DNA of 64,000 nt from an uncultured Verrucomicrobiae bacterium (GCA_963837955.1 CAWIPH010000002.1:1696001-1760000), one strand, 5' to 3'. Counted from the stretch's first letter, positions 39,245 to 48,699 are shown. The notes: generated from the sequence alone by a model not told the origin. Program-made: numbers and translations.

Positions 39245-41392
39245 ATGCCTAAGAGAATTCAAGTCGACATCGCTGGAACGCGCCTCGAACTTTCGAACTT
39301 AGAAAAAGTCTTCTATCCAAAGGTCGGATTCACCAAGGCACAGGTGATCGACTATTACGTTCGAGTCGCTCCTGCGCTTCTGCCGCACCTCAAAGACCGG
39401 CCGGTCAGCCTTAAGCGTTATCCGGACGGAGTAACCGGGCCCTATTTTTTCGAGAAACAGGCTCCATCGCACCGACCCGCCTGGATCGAAACAACGCCCG
39501 TCCAAAGCGAACACAGGCGGATCGACTATTGCATGATTAACAGTCTGCCGGCTCTCGTGTGGGCGAGTAACTTGGCAAACTTAGAGCTGCATACTTTTCT
39601 CCACCGGGCACCTAAAATTACTGTGCCGACCATGTTAGCGTTTGATCTCGATCCCGGGGAAGGAGCAGACATTCTGCTTTGCTCTCAAGTTGGGATCTGG
39701 ATTCGAGATCTTTTGAACGACCTCGAAATTGCCTCGTTTCCAAAGACATCGGGATCCAAGGGTCTACAGCTTTACGTGCCGCTGAATAGCCCGACTACGT
39801 ATGAAAAGACCAAGACGTTCGCCCGGGCGCTTGCTCAGCGGCTCGAAAGTGAACACCCAGAACAGGTGGTTTCCCAAATGCAAAAGAAGCTGCGGGTTGG
39901 GAAAGTCTTTGTGGATTGGAGCCAGAACGATGAGCATAAAACCACGGTTACCGTCTATTCACTGCGAGCTAAAGATCGGCCGACGGTCTCGACGCCGGTC
40001 ACATGGGAAGAAATTGAGGTAGCTCTACGGAAAAAAGATCCTAACCTCCTGGTTTTTGAATCTCACGAAGTATTGGATCGGGTCGAAAAAAACGGTGACT
40101 TATTTGAGCCCGTGCTCAAGCTCAAGCAAAAACTACCCTCTCTCAAGGCCCTCCTTGGGAGTGAGCGCAGCTCGGCCGATAAGTCCTCGAGCATAGTGCG
40201 AAAGACGCCCAACGAGTCAGGTCGGACCGGACGTGCACCCGCCGCATCGCGGGGTGGAGCTAAGCCAGCTAAAAGAAAGAGCGGGCGTCAGAGCGCAAAG
40301 CTGATGCATTCTCCCAAAGGAAACGAGTCGCCGTTATCCAAAGCAAAAGACGAGTGGACCAGCCAGAAAGAGGTTATTACTCAAGACCGTTCGATCCTAA
40401 CTGGCAAGCGAATCGAAGAATACAAAAACCCAGGTGCTCTAGTCGCCAGACGCCGCGTTTCGGCCGATACAACGGCGCTCCGCGAGCTTCGGCCCATGTT
40501 GGCCAAGAGCACGGATGCAGCTTTTGACGATGCGGAGTGGATCTTCGAGCTTAAGCTCGACGGCTATCGAGCGCTCGCATTTGTTGATCGGTTAGGTGCT
40601 CGACTCATTTCCCGAACCGGCAACGACCTTAGCTCAGCTTACCCTGCAATTATCGACGAACTTGCTGCCTCGCGGGTGACCGCCATTTTTGACGGCGAGA
40701 TTGTGGTGTTGGATGAGGACGGCATTCCGGGATTTGAGCTGCTCCAAAATTATCGGAAAGTTCATCAAGGTCATTTGGTCTATTACGTTTTTGATCTTTT
40801 GTTTCTCAATGGGCGCGATTTGCGAGATCGATCGTTAATCGAACGTAAAAAAACTTTGCAGCGGATCCTGAATGTTTCGGAAATTGTCCGATACGTCGAT
40901 CACGTGGATGGGACTGGAAAAAAGTTCTTCAACCTCGCCAAGGAGAGGGGCCTTGAGGGAATCATAGCTAAGAGAAAAACAGCGGTCTATCTCAATGGCA
41001 AACGGGGTGATCATTGGCTCAAGATCAAGTGCCGTCCAGTTCAAGAAGCAATCCTCTGCGGGTTCACCGAAAGTCGCGTGAATCAAAATAGCCTTGGAGC
41101 CTTGCTCCTTGGTGTGCATGAAGGCGCGGAACTGAAGTATGCCGGGCTGGTTGGCACGGGCCTAAACCGGGCTCCGGGCCTGATTACGAAGCTCAGGAAA
41201 CTCGTCGCCCGAAAGCGCCCATTCAAAACCATTCCAAAAACCGACATGCCCATTTATTGGGTCGAGCCTACGCTGGTCTGTTCAGTCGAGTTTCATGAAT
41301 GGACGAAAGACGGCATCTTGCGGGGAGCGTCATTTCTATCGCTTCGCTCGGACAAACCGGCTGCCGAAGTCCTGCGCGAACGTGGTGAATAG
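39245..41392 (+). CDS. ligD: NHEJ DNA ligase D (polymerase domain, linker, ATP-dependent ligase)
   Basis: N-terminal PolDom (KRYPDG, FFEK, FDLDP, KTSGSKGLQ, DWSQN, YSLRA); C-terminal ligase (ELKLDGYR, DGEIV, VFDLL, EGIIAKR, WLKIK) with an OB domain. Confidence 0.93.
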   Translation: MPKRIQVDIAGTRLELSNLEKVFYPKVGFTKAQVIDYYVRVAPALLPHLKDRPVSLKRYPDGVTGPYFFEKQAPSHRPAWIETTPVQSEHRRIDYCMINSLPALVWASNLANLELHTFLHRAPKITVPTMLAFDLDPGEGADILLCSQVGIWIRDLLNDLEIASFPKTSGSKGLQLYVPLNSPTTYEKTKTFARALAQRLESEHPEQVVSQMQKKLRVGKVFVDWSQNDEHKTTVTVYSLRAKDRPTVSTPVTWEEIEVALRKKDPNLLVFESHEVLDRVEKNGDLFEPVLKLKQKLPSLKALLGSERSSADKSSSIVRKTPNESGRTGRAPAASRGGAKPAKRKSGRQSAKLMHSPKGNESPLSKAKDEWTSQKEVITQDRSILTGKRIEEYKNPGALVARRRVSADTTALRELRPMLAKSTDAAFDDAEWIFELKLDGYRALAFVDRLGARLISRTGNDLSSAYPAIIDELAASRVTAIFDGEIVVLDEDGIPGFELLQNYRKVHQGHLVYYVFDLLFLNGRDLRDRSLIERKKTLQRILNVSEIVRYVDHVDGTGKKFFNLAKERGLEGIIAKRKTAVYLNGKRGDHWLKIKCRPVQEAILCGFTESRVNQNSLGALLLGVHEGAELKYAGLVGTGLNRAPGLITKLRKLVARKRPFKTIPKTDMPIYWVEPTLVCSVEFHEWTKDGILRGASFLSLRSDKPAAEVLRERGE

Positions 41393-41448
41393 TTGACCGC
41401 CCAGACTGAAGCCTGAGCTAGCTTTCCGCTGCGCTGGTCATCGGACCT

Positions 41449-41805
41449 TCACGTACCGTACATATAAGCGGGATCAAAACGCAGCGGCCGGGAAGTGAAT
41501 TTTATCTTTCTAAATGGCCCCTTGTGTCCGTTGCATGCCCCGCAGCGAATGCTCTCGGTTCTCAGTTCGCTCGCAACGATCACGCCATCACCATCGCACT
41601 CTTGACACAGCTCGGAGGCTTCGATGTTGACGACATGCCGATAAAGATCTCGCTGGTGCTCCGCTTCGTGTAATGCACCGCCCTCGCACTCTTCGCGGGT
41701 ATCAGCTGACCCGATGACGGCATAGATCGAGCCGCTTTCGATGTCTTGGCATTCAACGATGTATCGCCACCTCGTGGGAGCACTAATGTGGATCATAACC
41801 TGCAT
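41449..41805 (-). CDS. Hypothetical protein with a DnaJ-like CxxCxGxG zinc-binding pair
   Basis: CQECDGDG...CGACNG; lies between ligD and ku. Confidence 0.55.
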   Translation of the reverse strand: MQVMIHISAPTRWRYIVECQDIESGSIYAVIGSADTREECEGGALHEAEHQRDLYRHVVNIEASELCQECDGDGVIVASELRTESIRCGACNGHKGPFRKIKFTSRPLRFDPAYMYGT

Positions 41806-41925
41806 ATTGTAGTAGACAGACTAAGGAAACACAAGATATTGTGTTCGTATTTTCGAGAAAAAAGATGCATCCGAGGCGCAATTGTATTACGAATAGGTAA
41901 GCACCTAATAATCAGGGCCTTACCT

Positions 41926-42708
41926 ATGAAATCTATTTGGAAAGGCGCAATCAGCTTTGGTTTGGTAAACATTCCCGTTCGCCTCTACTCGGCCACCGAA
42001 CGGGAAACTGTGGCGTTTCACATGCTCTCCAAGAGGGATAATTCTCGGATCCGATTCTTGAGAGTATCTGAAGCGAGCGGCAAGGAAGTCCCGTACGAAG
42101 AAATCGTTAAGGGCTACGAACTGGAAGACGGCGGTTACATCGTTCTTACTGACGAGGAATTGGCCGAGGCTGCGCCTGAAAAATCAGGCACAATAGAGAT
42201 CCAGGAGTTTGTGGACGAGTCTGAGATTTCCAGTTTGTACTTCGATAAGCCCTACTACCTGGAGCCGGACAAGACTGCAGCGAAAGCATACGCCCTTCTG
42301 CGCGACGCATTGGCGAAAAGTGGCAAGGTGGGGATTTCCCAATTTGTACTGCGCAACCGGGAGCATCTTTGTGCGCTGAAAGCCATGGACGAGGTTCTCG
42401 TCTTGAATGCTCTCCGTTTCTCTTCGGAGATCAGAGCCGCTTCCGAGCTGGCCCTTCCCAAAAAGGAGAAAGTCTCTCAAAGCGAGCTATCTCTCGCGCT
42501 CAAACTGGTTGAGGGCCTGAGCGATAAATTCGATCCAAAGAAATACAAGGACACCTATACCGAAGAGGTTCGAAAACTGATCGACGCAAAGGCTAAGGGC
42601 CAAAAAATCAAGGCACCTGCCAAGGCCGCACCCTCCACCAAGGTGATCGATCTCACGGCTGCACTCAAAGAAAGTCTGAAAACGCCCAAGAAGAAACGAG
42701 TGGCTTAA
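41926..42708 (+). CDS. ku: NHEJ DNA end-binding protein Ku
   Basis: MKSIWKGAISFGLVNIPVRLY, IVKGYE, PYYL.P, AYALLRDAL and DL.AALK.SL with a basic tail. Confidence 0.96.
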   Translation: MKSIWKGAISFGLVNIPVRLYSATERETVAFHMLSKRDNSRIRFLRVSEASGKEVPYEEIVKGYELEDGGYIVLTDEELAEAAPEKSGTIEIQEFVDESEISSLYFDKPYYLEPDKTAAKAYALLRDALAKSGKVGISQFVLRNREHLCALKAMDEVLVLNALRFSSEIRAASELALPKKEKVSQSELSLALKLVEGLSDKFDPKKYKDTYTEEVRKLIDAKAKGQKIKAPAKAAPSTKVIDLTAALKESLKTPKKKRVA

Positions 42709-42996
42709 GTATGTAGAGCTAGCTGAGAAGCGATGGGCGGCGAATTTGGAGCCGCGTTCTTGCGTTCCACGTGTTCCCTAGCGGTTGTTTTCACTGCTCC
42801 GGCACTGGATCTTCGTGGCTTTGGTTTTCTCAGATGGCAATGCGAGCGGCACATGACGTTCGAGTAATGTTTCTATTCGGCTATACTGGGCAGTAGACAG
42901 ACGGCCAGCTCTTAGCGAGATATTACGAGTTCGGCTGCGCTGGCGGGTCTTGCCTGGTGGTCAAAAGACCGCTAAAACGACGGTGAGCCGCTAAAA

Positions 42997-44190
42997 ATGC
43001 CTGCGACTATAGGAGCAATATCACGGATCGTTGCAACCCCGCTCTGGAGTTCGCAAAGCGTTCACGGTCCTGTCTTTGTGGCTGCCTCTGCGCGTGATAT
43101 TGATTCGAACGTCTGGGCGAACGCCTGGAGTCAGCACGCGAAGGATAGCCGGTTTAACGAGGTCGTGGAGCAGGGCCTGAACGACCAATTCGAACAACGC
43201 TATTTCGTATTGGTGAATTCGCTGCGGGACCAAGTCTGCATCCAGACCTTCTTCGTCGTTAAGCAGGATCTCACCGCCGGACTACCCGAAGGGGTGCGAA
43301 ACACGGTTAGCCGGCTTCGACGGCGATGGCGGTCTCTCTTTTTCATGCAGATGCTGATGGTCGGCAGTCCTGCCGCGGAGGGTCTCCTCGATTGTGAAGA
43401 GCCTTGGGCTGCCGAGGCGTTGCGAACGGCTTTGGAGCAGTATGCGCGGCAAGCGCGCATCGGGTTGGTCTTACTCAAAGACTTTCCAGCGGAGTACCGC
43501 GGATTGCTCAAGGTTTTTACCAAGCAAAATTACAAACGCATTCCTGGCTTGCCTGCGGTCAAGCTGACACTCGATTTTTCCTCATTCGAGGACTTCACGG
43601 CAAAAAAGTTGAGCAAGGTTTACCGGAAAAGCTTGCGCCGAAAGTTTAAGGTCCTGGAGTCATTGCCTCGGGTGACTTTCGAATCTCACAACGGCTGCAC
43701 CGCGGAGCAAGCCGCGGAAATTTTTCCGCTCTACTGGCAAGTCTATCAGCGTGCGAAATTTGTTTTTGAAGTGCTCAACCAGGATTATCTGATTCGGCTC
43801 GGCCAGGCGATGCCGGATAAGATCCGCCTGTTCCTATGGCGACAAGAAGGGCGCTTAATTGCCTTTAATATGGGAATCGTTCACGATGGGATCATCGACG
43901 ATCTTTACGTCGGGTTCGATTATGAAGCCGCGTCCAAGTTGAATCTCTATTTTTTGACTTGGCGAGATGTGATCGAATGGAGTGTTCGGGCCGGATTGAA
44001 GACCTATCGCTCCGGGCCACTTAATTATGACCCGAAGCTTCACTTAAAAATGAGTCTGGTGCCCCAGGATCTCTACGCGCGCCATCTCTCGCCGATTCTG
44101 AATCGTCCGCTGCTGCTGGCTATGAAATGGCTCGGGCCGACGAGGTACGAACCGATTCTAAAAAATTTTCCCAACGCCGACGAGTTGTAG
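42997..44190 (+). CDS. GNAT-superfamily protein (FemAB/CelD-like double GNAT fold)
   Basis: KDFP, F.SFEDF...LS...RK.LRRK, FE.L...Y, Y.GFDY....NLYF and SG...Y.PK..L. Confidence 0.8.
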   Translation: MPATIGAISRIVATPLWSSQSVHGPVFVAASARDIDSNVWANAWSQHAKDSRFNEVVEQGLNDQFEQRYFVLVNSLRDQVCIQTFFVVKQDLTAGLPEGVRNTVSRLRRRWRSLFFMQMLMVGSPAAEGLLDCEEPWAAEALRTALEQYARQARIGLVLLKDFPAEYRGLLKVFTKQNYKRIPGLPAVKLTLDFSSFEDFTAKKLSKVYRKSLRRKFKVLESLPRVTFESHNGCTAEQAAEIFPLYWQVYQRAKFVFEVLNQDYLIRLGQAMPDKIRLFLWRQEGRLIAFNMGIVHDGIIDDLYVGFDYEAASKLNLYFLTWRDVIEWSVRAGLKTYRSGPLNYDPKLHLKMSLVPQDLYARHLSPILNRPLLLAMKWLGPTRYEPILKNFPNADEL

Positions 44191-44233
44191 GGAGGTCGGG
44201 AGGCGCTGCCGTAGCGCGAAGATCAGAGGTGGG

Positions 44234-44418
44234 TCCTGGCTCAGGGGTTACAGGACTGTGAGAGGTGAGAAGTGATTGGGGAATGGTGGATGCCTCTCGG
44301 CAAATCCTCGGCAGAAATCTCTCCCGCCCTCTCACTAATCAGTGACACACTCCCCTGAGGCTGGCTTGTCCGCCGTAGTTTGTGGGTTCGGGGGAACGAA
44401 GGCGGAAGCATCAGGCTA
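44234..44418. repeat. Composite palindromic repeat (MITE/REP-like), copy 1
   Basis: tcctggctcagg...gtgagaggtgagaagtgattgg...[core]...cactaatca...cctgaggctggcttgtccgccgtagtttgtggg...gaaggcggaagcatcaggcta; homologous to 47207-47366 and 58629-58817. Confidence 0.85.
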
Positions 44419-45309
44419 CACCTTTGATACCTCGCCGGACGGGACTGCCGTTTTCGGCTTCTCCTTGTTCAAATCCGGATCAAGGAAGCCGAGCGCGTGC
44501 GGCGGCTTAATCACTCGAACTCCAGCCTTTTTCTGCTCCTCCACAATCTGCTGGTGGAGCTCATGCATCTTGGTCCAATGCACTTTTGGCTTGTAATGAT
44601 GTTCGGCGTGGTAGCCGTTGTTAAACCAGATCAAGTTATAGAGCTTGTCGTAACTACTGACGCCCCAAGCAATCGGCTCGTCCGGATTTCCGCCATAATG
44701 GCGGTAGTAGCCGTTCAGATAAGACAGACAGTGCCCGAAGTAATAGAACGGCAAATAGAAAAGCATAAATTGCCAGTTCAAGAAGAAGCCGATGATGACG
44801 AGAGTCACCCATGAGCCGATTTCGAGTACGCCGAAGTAAGCATTGAAAGCGTTACGTTTCTTCACTTCTTTGAAGATCGCTTTGGGATCGTCTCGGAAAT
44901 AGCTCAAGAAAACATAGGACCAGACATTCTCCGCTTCGTGTTCGTGGCCATGTTTATAGATAGAAATGGGATCGACCGTTTCGCCCTCCTCGTCCGGATA
45001 ATCACTGTTTCCTTGATGATGTTTGAGATGGATCAGATGATAGAACTGTTGCGAATAACCCATCGTCACGGAGAGCAACCAGCTAAAGAATCGATTGGCT
45101 GGTTTCCATTTAAAGTATGGATTGTGGATGAAATTGTGAGCGATCCCGTTGATATTCCAAGAAATGCTGACGGAGTAAATAAAACCCAAGATCAGCATGA
45201 TCCACAGCGGAGTGTGTGGAAACAAAAGGAACATGGAAATCACGAACCCGGTATGCGCAAATGCGGAAACCACGGGGATCCAATCTTTGGAGTGGGCCAA
45301 AATCTTCAT
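44416..45309 (-). CDS. Membrane fatty acid desaturase/hydroxylase family protein
   Basis: Three His boxes (AHNFIHN, HLIHLKHH, YHAEHH) plus TM helices. Confidence 0.9.
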   Translation of the reverse strand: MKILAHSKDWIPVVSAFAHTGFVISMFLLFPHTPLWIMLILGFIYSVSISWNINGIAHNFIHNPYFKWKPANRFFSWLLSVTMGYSQQFYHLIHLKHHQGNSDYPDEEGETVDPISIYKHGHEHEAENVWSYVFLSYFRDDPKAIFKEVKKRNAFNAYFGVLEIGSWVTLVIIGFFLNWQFMLFYLPFYYFGHCLSYLNGYYRHYGGNPDEPIAWGVSSYDKLYNLIWFNNGYHAEHHYKPKVHWTKMHELHQQIVEEQKKAGVRVIKPPHALGFLDPDLNKEKPKTAVPSGEVSKV

Positions 45310-45407
45310 ATAGCCGTTGACACCATCACCATTATGGTAAACGAAAAGAGTTGCAACCCACTTCCGAAGAGGTCGTCAGTAATTTACTGAGTTGTAATAT
45401 TTCAAAA

Positions 45408-45848
45408 ATGCCGCTTGTTACGCCCGAACCCGCTACCTCGCCGAAGCATCTCGATCCTCCTCCTAAGCGTGCATGGTTTTTCAACCCTTACCTCCAGATC
45501 GCAATCAGTGTCCTGCTCAACGCGACGGCTCAGATCTTCATTAAAATCGGCACCGAGCAGGCTTCAAATCAGTCGCCTCTAGTCCTTGCTTATCTGACCT
45601 CCGGCGCCATGTGGGTTGGGATTGCGGCGATGGTGATCGGACTTGTTTCTTGGCTTTACGCGCTCAAATCGATTCCGTTGACGATCGCCTTCACTTTGGC
45701 AGCCGCTACCCAAGTGATTGTTCCGCTTGGGTGTTGGCTCTTCCTGGGGGAACAAATATCACTCTTACGCTGGGGCGGTATTTTCCTCGTCACCTTCGGT
45801 GTTCTTCTAGTCGCTCAACCGCTCTCGAAAATCGAGGAACGACTATGA
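45408..45848 (+). CDS. SMR/EamA-like small transporter subunit A (ArnE/ArnF-like)
   Basis: Four TM helices; AQIFIK.G, W..AL..IPL..AF and LFLGE.I...RW.G. Confidence 0.82.
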   Translation: MPLVTPEPATSPKHLDPPPKRAWFFNPYLQIAISVLLNATAQIFIKIGTEQASNQSPLVLAYLTSGAMWVGIAAMVIGLVSWLYALKSIPLTIAFTLAAATQVIVPLGCWLFLGEQISLLRWGGIFLVTFGVLLVAQPLSKIEERL

Positions 45849-46183
45849 ACCCTTTTTATTTCCTCTTGCTCTTGGTATCGAACGCTAGCTCGATTGCCGG
45901 GCAGATCTTTTTTAAGCACGGCATGGGCGACACCGTCCAAATGGCGGGTTGGCAAAGAGTATCTTGGGTTGGAACTGGAATCGCTGCGAAAGCTCTTAGT
46001 TTTTTTTGCTGGATCGGGCTCCTTGCCCGTTTTGAGCTCAGCTACATCTATCCGTTTGAAGCCTTAGATCCGATATTTGTCGCCCTTGCGGCTGCCCTTT
46101 TCTTGAGAGAGAAGCTCAATCTTCGGCTCCTCCTAGGGATCTCAATTATTTGTATTGGGATTGCTGTTGTGTCGACAACGTAG
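45845..46183 (+). CDS. SMR/EamA-like small transporter subunit B (ArnE/ArnF-like)
   Basis: GQIFFKHGM, W..LL...ELSYIYP and LFLREK; ATGA overlap with subunit A. Confidence 0.82.
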   Translation: MNPFYFLLLLVSNASSIAGQIFFKHGMGDTVQMAGWQRVSWVGTGIAAKALSFFCWIGLLARFELSYIYPFEALDPIFVALAAALFLREKLNLRLLLGISIICIGIAVVSTT

Positions 46184-46263
46184 CAACGGTAGTGCGGATG
46201 CTCCCGCCTCCGCCATGCGCCGCGAATGGTCGAGCGCTCGATGCCGGAGCCAGAGGATCCGGA

Positions 46264-47121
46264 CTACGCTTCCGAACCGACCAAGGCCGGCCAGATTTTC
46301 TCCACAGCGCGCCTATTTTGTTGGGAAGCAAGCGCAGGATCGGGCACCGGTTTTTTGGGGTGATCAATCCGCGCGGTCCTTCGCTGGGTCCATCGCGCGT
46401 AGCTAGCGGGTGAATGTGCACCGCAGATATCTCCGCCGACGATCAATGAACCACGTCGAATTTCTGCAATGGCCCAAACCAGGTCATCGGTAGTGAAAAG
46501 ACCTTGCTCCCAATCGGTCACCGCGTCTTCCGGGGTTAGGCAATCAAAGTCCACGGTGATGTATACGTGTCTACCCTTCAGTGTCTCGACAAATTGGCAG
46601 AATTTTCTTCGCCAATTTTCGGCGTCGATGCCGGTCCAACGCTGGCGGGCGGACTTGCCGAACCGCTCAATCCAGGGCCAGACTTCGAGGCGACCCGACT
46701 GAAGGGCCGCACGATTGGCAAACCAGCGGTGGGGGGGATTCAGCTCGAAGTTTGCGCAGCCCCATATTGCCACCCGGGTTATCGGCGCACTCTCCAAAGC
46801 CCTGTTCATCCAGGTCCCACAGCACCAATAAGGCGGTCGCGTGTCCCAATCCGGATGATTATCAAACGAAACCAGGATAAACGGTTCCCGTAACTGGCGG
46901 ACCCAGAGACCGGTGAGGTGGTGAAAATCACCTGATCCATAAAGCGTAAAGGGCGTTACTTTGCTTCGAATCTCGTCCCAAAACGCGTTGATGAGTCGAG
47001 CGGGAGCGCAATAGCGGAGTTGAGGGCCCCAGTTGAGGCAATTCTGGACCTGCGAGATGCCAGCCGTGCCAACCTCCCATGCGCGATCCAGGTCGATCAT
47101 CTGGCCTTGAGCGTTTCTCAT
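46264..47121 (-). CDS. Arginase/ureohydrolase-fold protein (atypical metal site)
   Basis: GSGDFHH, FDNHPDW, YITVDFDCL and GGDICG. The track ORF's extension to 47283 is repeat-derived. Confidence 0.8.
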   Translation of the reverse strand: MRNAQGQMIDLDRAWEVGTAGISQVQNCLNWGPQLRYCAPARLINAFWDEIRSKVTPFTLYGSGDFHHLTGLWVRQLREPFILVSFDNHPDWDTRPPYWCCGTWMNRALESAPITRVAIWGCANFELNPPHRWFANRAALQSGRLEVWPWIERFGKSARQRWTGIDAENWRRKFCQFVETLKGRHVYITVDFDCLTPEDAVTDWEQGLFTTDDLVWAIAEIRRGSLIVGGDICGAHSPASYARWTQRRTARIDHPKKPVPDPALASQQNRRAVEKIWPALVGSEA

Positions 47122-47137
47122 GCGAAGGCAGAATGAA

Positions 47138-47182
47138 ATAGCAGTTAACAGATAGCAAATAGCAGATAGCAGATAGCAAATA
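47138..47182. repeat. Heptamer tandem repeat (TAGCARA-like, about 6 imperfect units)
   Basis: atagcagttaacagatagcaaatagcagatagcagatagcaaata. Confidence 0.8.
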
Positions 47183-47206
47183 AGATGCAGCCGATGCCGC
47201 AACGAT

Positions 47207-47366
47207 TGTGAAAGGTGAGAAGTGATTGGTGAATGGTAGGAGAATTCTGCTCGAGGATTTGCCGATAGGCGTTCACCATTCACTAATCACCGACACGCTC
47301 CCTGAGGCTGGCCTGTCCGCCGTAGTTTGTGGGTTTGGGGAAGACGAAGGAGGAAGCATCAGGCTA
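47207..47366. repeat. Composite palindromic repeat, copy 2
   Basis: Flanks nearly identical to copy 1 (gtgagaagtgattgg.gaatggt; cctgaggctggc.tgtccgccgtagtttgtggg...gaagcatcaggcta), with the core inverted relative to copy 1. Confidence 0.85.
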
Positions 47367-47455
47367 CTTTGCAACGATAGTGAAGGCGACGGCTGACAAG
47401 TCCAGTCTCGCTGAACGAAAATCCCTACCGTATTCTGTATTGCCTATTCTCTAAG

Positions 47456-48664
47456 ATGATTTCTCTCCAAGACATTCAAGCTGCGAAGAAACGCATCAAG
47501 AGCGGTATCTACTATTCCCCTTGCCCCGTTTCCGGTCAGCTCTCTGAATTTGTCGGGGCGGAGATCTTTTGCAAACTGGACCATTTACAGCGGACTGGCA
47601 GCTTCAAGGAACGGGGTGCGCGGAACGCGCTCCTGCTGTTGGATTCGCCTCGCCGGGAGAAAGGTGTCGTTGCGGCATCGGCGGGGAATCACGCTCTGGG
47701 CTTGGCGTACCACGGCAAACTGCTGGGGATCCCCGTGACCGTCGTCATGCCAGAAACAGCACCGCTGATTAAGATCACGAGCTGTCAAAGGCTCGGCGCA
47801 AACGTGTTGATTCGCGGAAAGGACTTTGCGGAAGCGCGAGCATTCGCCGACGGGCTCGTCCTCGATGAAGGTCTCACGTATATTCACGGATACGATGATT
47901 GGGAGATAATTGCCGGCCAAGGAACGATGGGACTTGAAATTCTTGACCAGGTACCTGACCTCGATGCGATCGTGGTCCCGATTGGTGGCGCCGGCCTAAT
48001 CGCGGGAATCGGGTTAGCGGTCAAAAGTTTGCGGCCTGAGGTCCAAATCATCGGGGTCGAAGCGGAAAATACGCCCAGTTTCGCGGAGGCGTTGAGGGTG
48101 GGTAAACCGGTCCGGGTCACTAACCATCCGACCTTAGCAGATGGGCTGGCTGTACCCGAAGTTGGAACCAACTCTTTTTCGTTAGCCAAGCGATACGTTG
48201 ATCAATTGGTGCTGGTGTCCGAAGATGAGATCGCCCTCGCGATTCTACGGATTATCGAACTGGAAAAAAGTGTTGTGGAAGGTTCAGCGGCGGCGACGCT
48301 AGCTGCTTTGCTCAGTGGTAAGTTGCCCGAACTCGCCGGAAAAAAGGTAGTTCTCCCGTTTTGCGGTGGGAACATCGATCCGGGTATTTTGAACCGGGTC
48401 ATCGAAAAAGGCTTGGTAGCAGACAATCGTCTTTTTCGTTTCACGGCGACGATCAGCGACCGGCCTGGCGGATTAGCTGCGCTCACCCACGTGATTGCCT
48501 CGGCCGGAGCGAGCGTAAAGGAGATTACTCATGATCGCACATTCGCCCGAACGGAAATGGCGGCCGTGCAGGTTATTTGTATCGTCGAAACGCGAGACCG
48601 GGAACATATCGCCGAACTGCAGCGAGCGCTCAAAGAAAGCGGTATCCGGTGCGATCAGAGGTGA
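47456..48664 (+). CDS. ilvA: Threonine/serine ammonia-lyase with C-terminal ACT domain
   Basis: K.D.LQRTGSFKERGA, SAGNHA, AGQGT, PIGGAGL, TLADG, GGNID and the ACT motif DRPGGL. Confidence 0.92.
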   Translation: MISLQDIQAAKKRIKSGIYYSPCPVSGQLSEFVGAEIFCKLDHLQRTGSFKERGARNALLLLDSPRREKGVVAASAGNHALGLAYHGKLLGIPVTVVMPETAPLIKITSCQRLGANVLIRGKDFAEARAFADGLVLDEGLTYIHGYDDWEIIAGQGTMGLEILDQVPDLDAIVVPIGGAGLIAGIGLAVKSLRPEVQIIGVEAENTPSFAEALRVGKPVRVTNHPTLADGLAVPEVGTNSFSLAKRYVDQLVLVSEDEIALAILRIIELEKSVVEGSAAATLAALLSGKLPELAGKKVVLPFCGGNIDPGILNRVIEKGLVADNRLFRFTATISDRPGGLAALTHVIASAGASVKEITHDRTFARTEMAAVQVICIVETRDREHIAELQRALKESGIRCDQR

Positions 48665-48699
48665 AGAGGGTGGTGATGCTCCGCCTCCCGCGTCTCTGC

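Noticed and set aside
39245..42708. ligD/ku as a prophage or defence island
   Set aside because: There are no phage structural genes, integrase or defence genes nearby; this is ordinary chromosomal NHEJ.
47122..47283. N-terminal extension of the arginase-like ORF (ICYLLSAICYLL)
   Set aside because: It is produced by the heptamer repeat and the MITE copy; the likely start is 47121.
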